20,000 nucleotides of DNA, from IMG/VR virus record IMGVR_UViG_3300024303_004490; one strand, 5' to 3'. Shown here piece after piece: positions 16,380 to 20,000 of this stretch. The notes beneath the pieces were generated by a model. That model saw only the letters and a program-made list of their open reading frames with translations. It had not been told where the DNA came from and ran no database searches. Each line of letters opens with the position of its first letter. The stretch's first letter is position 1. Source of the stretch: an uncultured virus (IMG/VR IMGVR_UViG_3300024303_004490) (lineage: Duplodnaviria > Heunggongvirae > Uroviricota > Caudoviricetes). A program made the translations under genes and the position numbers.

Positions 16380-16965
16380 TTATAATTGCTCGATGTACGG
16401 CAGCAAAGAATTATATGCAGCAACGATACGGTGTTGTTCTTTGAGGGGCGGTAATGCAATTAGTAATTTTTCAATTCTTGCAATTGCTAATTTAGGCTGA
16501 CCAACCTTAGTTGTAGCTTCGGCGATTTGAGCCTGAATTAAGGGAGATTGTAATTCTTTAATAAGCCAATCTTGATTTATTATTGTAAAAACAAGCCTAT
16601 CGGCATTCTCTGTTAAATTAGCACCATCAAGCTCTCTTGGGATTTTACCTATTCTGCCGATAGTACCAGCTACAGTTATAAATACATCTTCTTTTTTTAT
16701 GATGTATTTTGAGATGCTTGGATAAATGTCTGTCGGCACATATTGTAAATCTTCTGTTGAGACCCAACCGTCCTTCATATCAGAGACACGAATATATATG
16801 TGTCCCGTGTTATCTTTGATAAGCTTTCTGCCTGCAGGAATACGTTTACCACCTAAAACCGAAGTGATCGTTCCGAGCCTGCACCAACACCAATTTTCAG
16901 GAATCTCAAACGGTATTTCATCGTCGATACAACGTTCAATTCCGTTCAACTTCTCATAATGAGAA
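16380..16965 (-). pseudogene. hsdS: Silent hsdS' cassette (single TRD2.2)
   Basis: In-frame homology to hsdS begins abruptly at SHYEKLNGIERCIDDEIPFEIP. No N-terminal conserved region and no SD. Intact TRD up to the stop. Confidence 0.88.
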
Positions 16966-16976
16966 CTTTACAAAGC
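16912..16976 (-). repeat. Recombination site B2 (core TTCTCA, degenerate left arm)
   Basis: On the - strand GCTTTGTAAAG-TTCTCA-TTATGAGAAGT (16976-16949). The 54-bp identity to B1 starts exactly at the core. Confidence 0.75.
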
Positions 16977-18361
16977 TTCGATAGTTGACAATACTTTGTT
17001 TGCAAAATCAACAATCCGTTGTTGCTCACTCATCGGAGGAACGGGGATTAACATTTCTGCAAGTTGATTTAGATAAAATCCTTTTTGCGCCGTTCCTGTT
17101 GCTTCCTTAATTGCTTTGTTTTGAAAATATGCGGAGTCAAATACAAGTTTTAAATAATAATTATAAATTAGTGTTGTTATAACAGAAACACTACGTTGGA
17201 AACAAACGTTATATCCACCTTCGTAAACACAACTTCTTCCTAACGACCCAACAGAGGTAAAAAACAAATCGCCAGTAGTAGCATTGGTACGTAAGTTTTC
17301 TTGTTCAAAAACTTCTTTTGATAAATATCTAACCTTATTTAATTCAACTAACCTATTGTTGTTTATGTTAGTAGACGAAGCCATAATATATTGAGTTTCA
17401 AAAGTTTCACCTTTAGGAGGATTGTGGTCTCCGTCCACAAGCTTTGTGCAAATGCTTTTCAATCTAACCCATTCCCAAGAATTAGGTATCTCAAATGGTA
17501 TTTCATCATCAATGCAAACCACTTCAGAACCACGCTTTTCATAATGAGAATTATCCCTTCTGAAAATGACGGATTCATTCTTATCTTTTTTTATTTTGCC
17601 TGCCTTGATTAGTGCTTGTTTTTCTGCTCTGATTCTCTCAAGCAATACTGAAGCAGGCTCATCATTTTCATCTTGGGGTACAAGTTTGCCTTGAACCGCT
17701 TCTTGGAGAATTGATTTCTTTAGTTTTTCCGGGAATGACAAGTTTAATATTTTGATTTCCTGCTCTAATTCAGAATAATTACTCAAAACTGGAAGAAGCT
17801 CTTTTAGTTTTGAACAAATCCTATCTTGTTCATTCAGGGGAGGCAAAGGAATCCATAAGCTATCCAAACTGTCAGAATTTAATGTGTTACCTTTAATAGC
17901 CGTTTTTGTTTCTCCCAACTGTGACAATAACGGCATTACAGCAAATAAATATGAAGTCATAATTTTGTTATCGTCAACAAAAGGATAAATCGATATTATT
18001 GCTTCATTGTGAAATGCATCGATATCCAATATAGAGACTTTACCTACTGTAAGTTTGAAACTCATTAAAAGAGTTCCTGCTGGACTTTTTCTCCCTTTAA
18101 AACTAACATCGGCAGCATATGCACTAACGCCTTCTTTAGTTTCGGAAATATGTCCATCGGAAACCATATCGGCTATTGAAACCCAATTATGTATGGGGTT
18201 GTTCCAATATTCTGACTCTTTCCGTGGAGGCGTTTTGCCCATAGAATAATTTACTACATTGCAAAATCTAACCCATTCCCATGTGTCAGGTATCTCAAAT
18301 GGCACCTCATCAGCAATGCACACAGGCGCATTTTTGCCGACCTGCTCATAAGGCAAATTAT
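16968..18361 (-). pseudogene. hsdS: Silent hsdS'' cassette (TRD1.2+TRD2.3, 5'-truncated)
   Basis: Homology to hsdS begins at NLPYE. Lacks the first ~63 codons and an SD. Two intact TRDs that differ from the expressed ones. Confidence 0.88.
17534..17576 (-). repeat. Recombination site B3 (core TTCTCA)
   Basis: On the - strand AGAAGGGATAA-TTCTCA-TTATGAAAAGC (17561-17534). 38-bp identity to B1. Confidence 0.78.
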
Positions 18362-18368
18362 AGGAGGT
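18341..18368 (-). repeat. Recombination site A2 (core TTTGCC)
   Basis: On the - strand ACCTCCTATAA-TTTGCC-TTATGAGCAGG. Marks the outer end of hsdS homology. Confidence 0.75.
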
Positions 18369-18372
18369 TGAC

Positions 18373-18729
18373 TTAACAAAAACTACTTACTATAAGATTC
18401 AACTCTGCCCCCATTCCTCCGTCTCTACCAATAATAAAATCGGCTTCATTATAACACTCGACATAATTCTTAAAATCAATACACTTCCTATCACAATAGT
18501 ACCATTTACCTTGAAACCAATCTGGTAGCAAGGTGAAAAAATTTTCTGCATCCCCATCTACATATTCGTATAGTTCAACTATCCTTTCGGCGTCAAGAAC
18601 TTCAATTTCAAAACACCCATTTCCGTTATCAGCATCGGGGTTGTAATAAATAATATAAATCTGATGCTCTGCACCATGTATTTTACCGGGCAGAAAGACT
18701 GCATCATAGCCATCAAGGTAGCTTACCAT
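18373..18729 (-). CDS. Hypothetical acidic protein (118 aa)
   Basis: ATG with AGGAGG SD. No family recognised. Confidence 0.65.
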   Translation of the reverse strand: MVSYLDGYDAVFLPGKIHGAEHQIYIIYYNPDADNGNGCFEIEVLDAERIVELYEYVDGDAENFFTLLPDWFQGKWYYCDRKCIDFKNYVECYNEADFIIGRDGGMGAELNLIVSSFC

Positions 18730-18868
18730 AGCACCCTCCTAAACTTATTAATTTTTATATTAACTTCTTTAATAAACTATAATCAATGCTGTCGGCTTGT
18801 TCATTAAACTTCCAAAGCAAATATACTTATAGTATGGAAATAATGCTATTTGCTTTGGAGGTGCAATT

Positions 18869-19189
18869 ATGGATAAAGTTGAACTTGGTAAAAAGATAAA
18901 AGAAGCAAGAATCGGAAAAGGATACACGCAAGAAGTGCTTGCTGAAAAATCAGGTATCGGGCCTATTTATCTTGGTGAAATTGAGCGTGGGTTAAAGATG
19001 CCGAGCCTAAAAGTATTTATAAGAATTGTAGAGTCTCTTGATATTTCTGCAGACTACATTCTCCGTGATGAGTTGCCTTCAGGTAAGGATTATGTTTTTG
19101 ATGAACTGACCGAAAAACTGTCGGAGCTTACTCCAAAACAAAGAAAAGCGGCTGCAGCCATTCTTGATGCTTTTATAGCTACTTTATAA
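18869..19189 (+). CDS. XRE-family HTH transcriptional regulator
   Basis: 'LGKKIKEARIGKGYTQEVLAEKSGIGPIYLGEIERGLKMPSL...LDISADYIL'. GGAGGTG SD. Confidence 0.9.
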   Translation: MDKVELGKKIKEARIGKGYTQEVLAEKSGIGPIYLGEIERGLKMPSLKVFIRIVESLDISADYILRDELPSGKDYVFDELTEKLSELTPKQRKAAAAILDAFIATL

Positions 19190-19222
19190 AGGGTTGATTT
19201 GCAATCAGCTCTTTATTTTTTT
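19188..19222 (+). terminator. Intrinsic terminator after the XRE gene
   Basis: AAAGGGTTGATT-tgc-AATCAGCTCTTT stem (two G-U pairs) followed by ATTTTTTT. Confidence 0.6.
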
Positions 19223-19397
19223 ACCTTACCGAAATCGACAGATTTTTTACTCATCGTGGTTTATTATAATGCCTACAGCATAGTTTAAATGCTGATAGCA
19301 TTATGAGGCGGTGAATATATGGAATGCATAAATCCTCCGTTTTATTAGCCATGTAACTTGGATAGGCATAGCAATAATAATATTTGGAGTTGAAAAA

Positions 19398-20000
19398 ATG
19401 GATATAAAAGAAATGGTTAATAATTTATTGAATGATTCTGTAATCGTTGAAAAGATGTTTGATTACATTGATGCTTGGTGTGAAGATTTTAAAGAAGTAA
19501 AGACCCGTGCCGAATCCGCTGTCGATGATATGCTTGCCAGCATCGGTTCTGAAGCAGTTAACGCCTTAATAACGGCTTTGAAACAGCAAATAGCATCCGA
19601 TATAAGGTTTGCTACTGCACAGGGTTTAAAGGCAAATATAAGCGAATTTAGGCACCCTTCAAACATAATTATTCTTAATCAAGGTTTAGAGCATTATGTT
19701 CAAGAAGGTGTAATGCTCAATCTACCCGCAAGAAAAGATGCAGAAAAAGTAGTGGCCGAAATAATCAAGGAATATGGTATAGCAGAAATGGAGTGTTTTG
19801 CTTCAATCACGGAGTTTCATACATACCTTGAAACCGTATGTCCGAAGTTGGCACATTTCTATGGTTACATCACTGCTAATAAGATTTTGACTTTAACCGA
19901 ACCTGGGTATGTTTCAAACCAAATCCAAACTATGAAGTATACAAGAGAAGTGAAAAAATACTTCGGTGTACCAGATGATAAAAGCATACCACTACTGTAA
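19398..20000 (+). CDS. Hypothetical helical protein (200 aa)
   Basis: Long ORF with GGAG SD, stop at the window end. No family recognised. Confidence 0.7.
   Translation: MDIKEMVNNLLNDSVIVEKMFDYIDAWCEDFKEVKTRAESAVDDMLASIGSEAVNALITALKQQIASDIRFATAQGLKANISEFRHPSNIIILNQGLEHYVQEGVMLNLPARKDAEKVVAEIIKEYGIAEMECFASITEFHTYLETVCPKLAHFYGYITANKILTLTEPGYVSNQIQTMKYTREVKKYFGVPDDKSIPLL

Noticed and set aside
16380..18356. Treating the 189-aa and 462-aa ORFs as independent expressed hsdS genes
   Set aside because: Their TTG starts lack an SD and homology begins abruptly at the recombination sites, so they are silent cassettes.
261..19666. Numerous 60-127 aa ORFs overlapping larger genes (e.g. 656-958, 7064-7396, 11283-11603, 13510-13893)
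   Set aside because: Antisense or out-of-frame shadows of well-supported genes, with no recognisable motifs.

Overview
Accessory region of a low-GC Firmicute (Clostridia-like, inferred from gene content and SD/promoter style) with four parts. (1) 10-4403 (-): a phage/ICE-type DNA-replication module (DUF2815 SSB-like, DUF2800 PD-(D/E)XK nuclease-like, sigma-70 region-4 protein, small ORFs, XRE regulator), with two structured intergenic RNA-like leaders. (2) 4876-8927: a Y-family polymerase divergent from an XRE repressor, J-domain protein, HIRAN protein, ImmA/IrrE metallopeptidase and a small beta-rich protein. This looks like a LexA-independent damage-inducible cassette with a J-domain/HIRAN pair under its own promoter. 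(3) 9108-18368: Mrr-family nuclease, type I R-M hsdR-hsdM-hsdS, a tyrosine recombinase and two inverted silent hsdS cassettes. Together these form an invertible hsdS shufflon with 6 possible alleles, and its crossover sites have a dif/Xer-like 11-6-11 architecture with two different cores. (4) 18373-20000: a hypothetical gene, an XRE regulator and another hypothetical gene. No rRNA, tRNA or CRISPR array was seen. Family assignments come from motifs recognised by eye, not from database searches.
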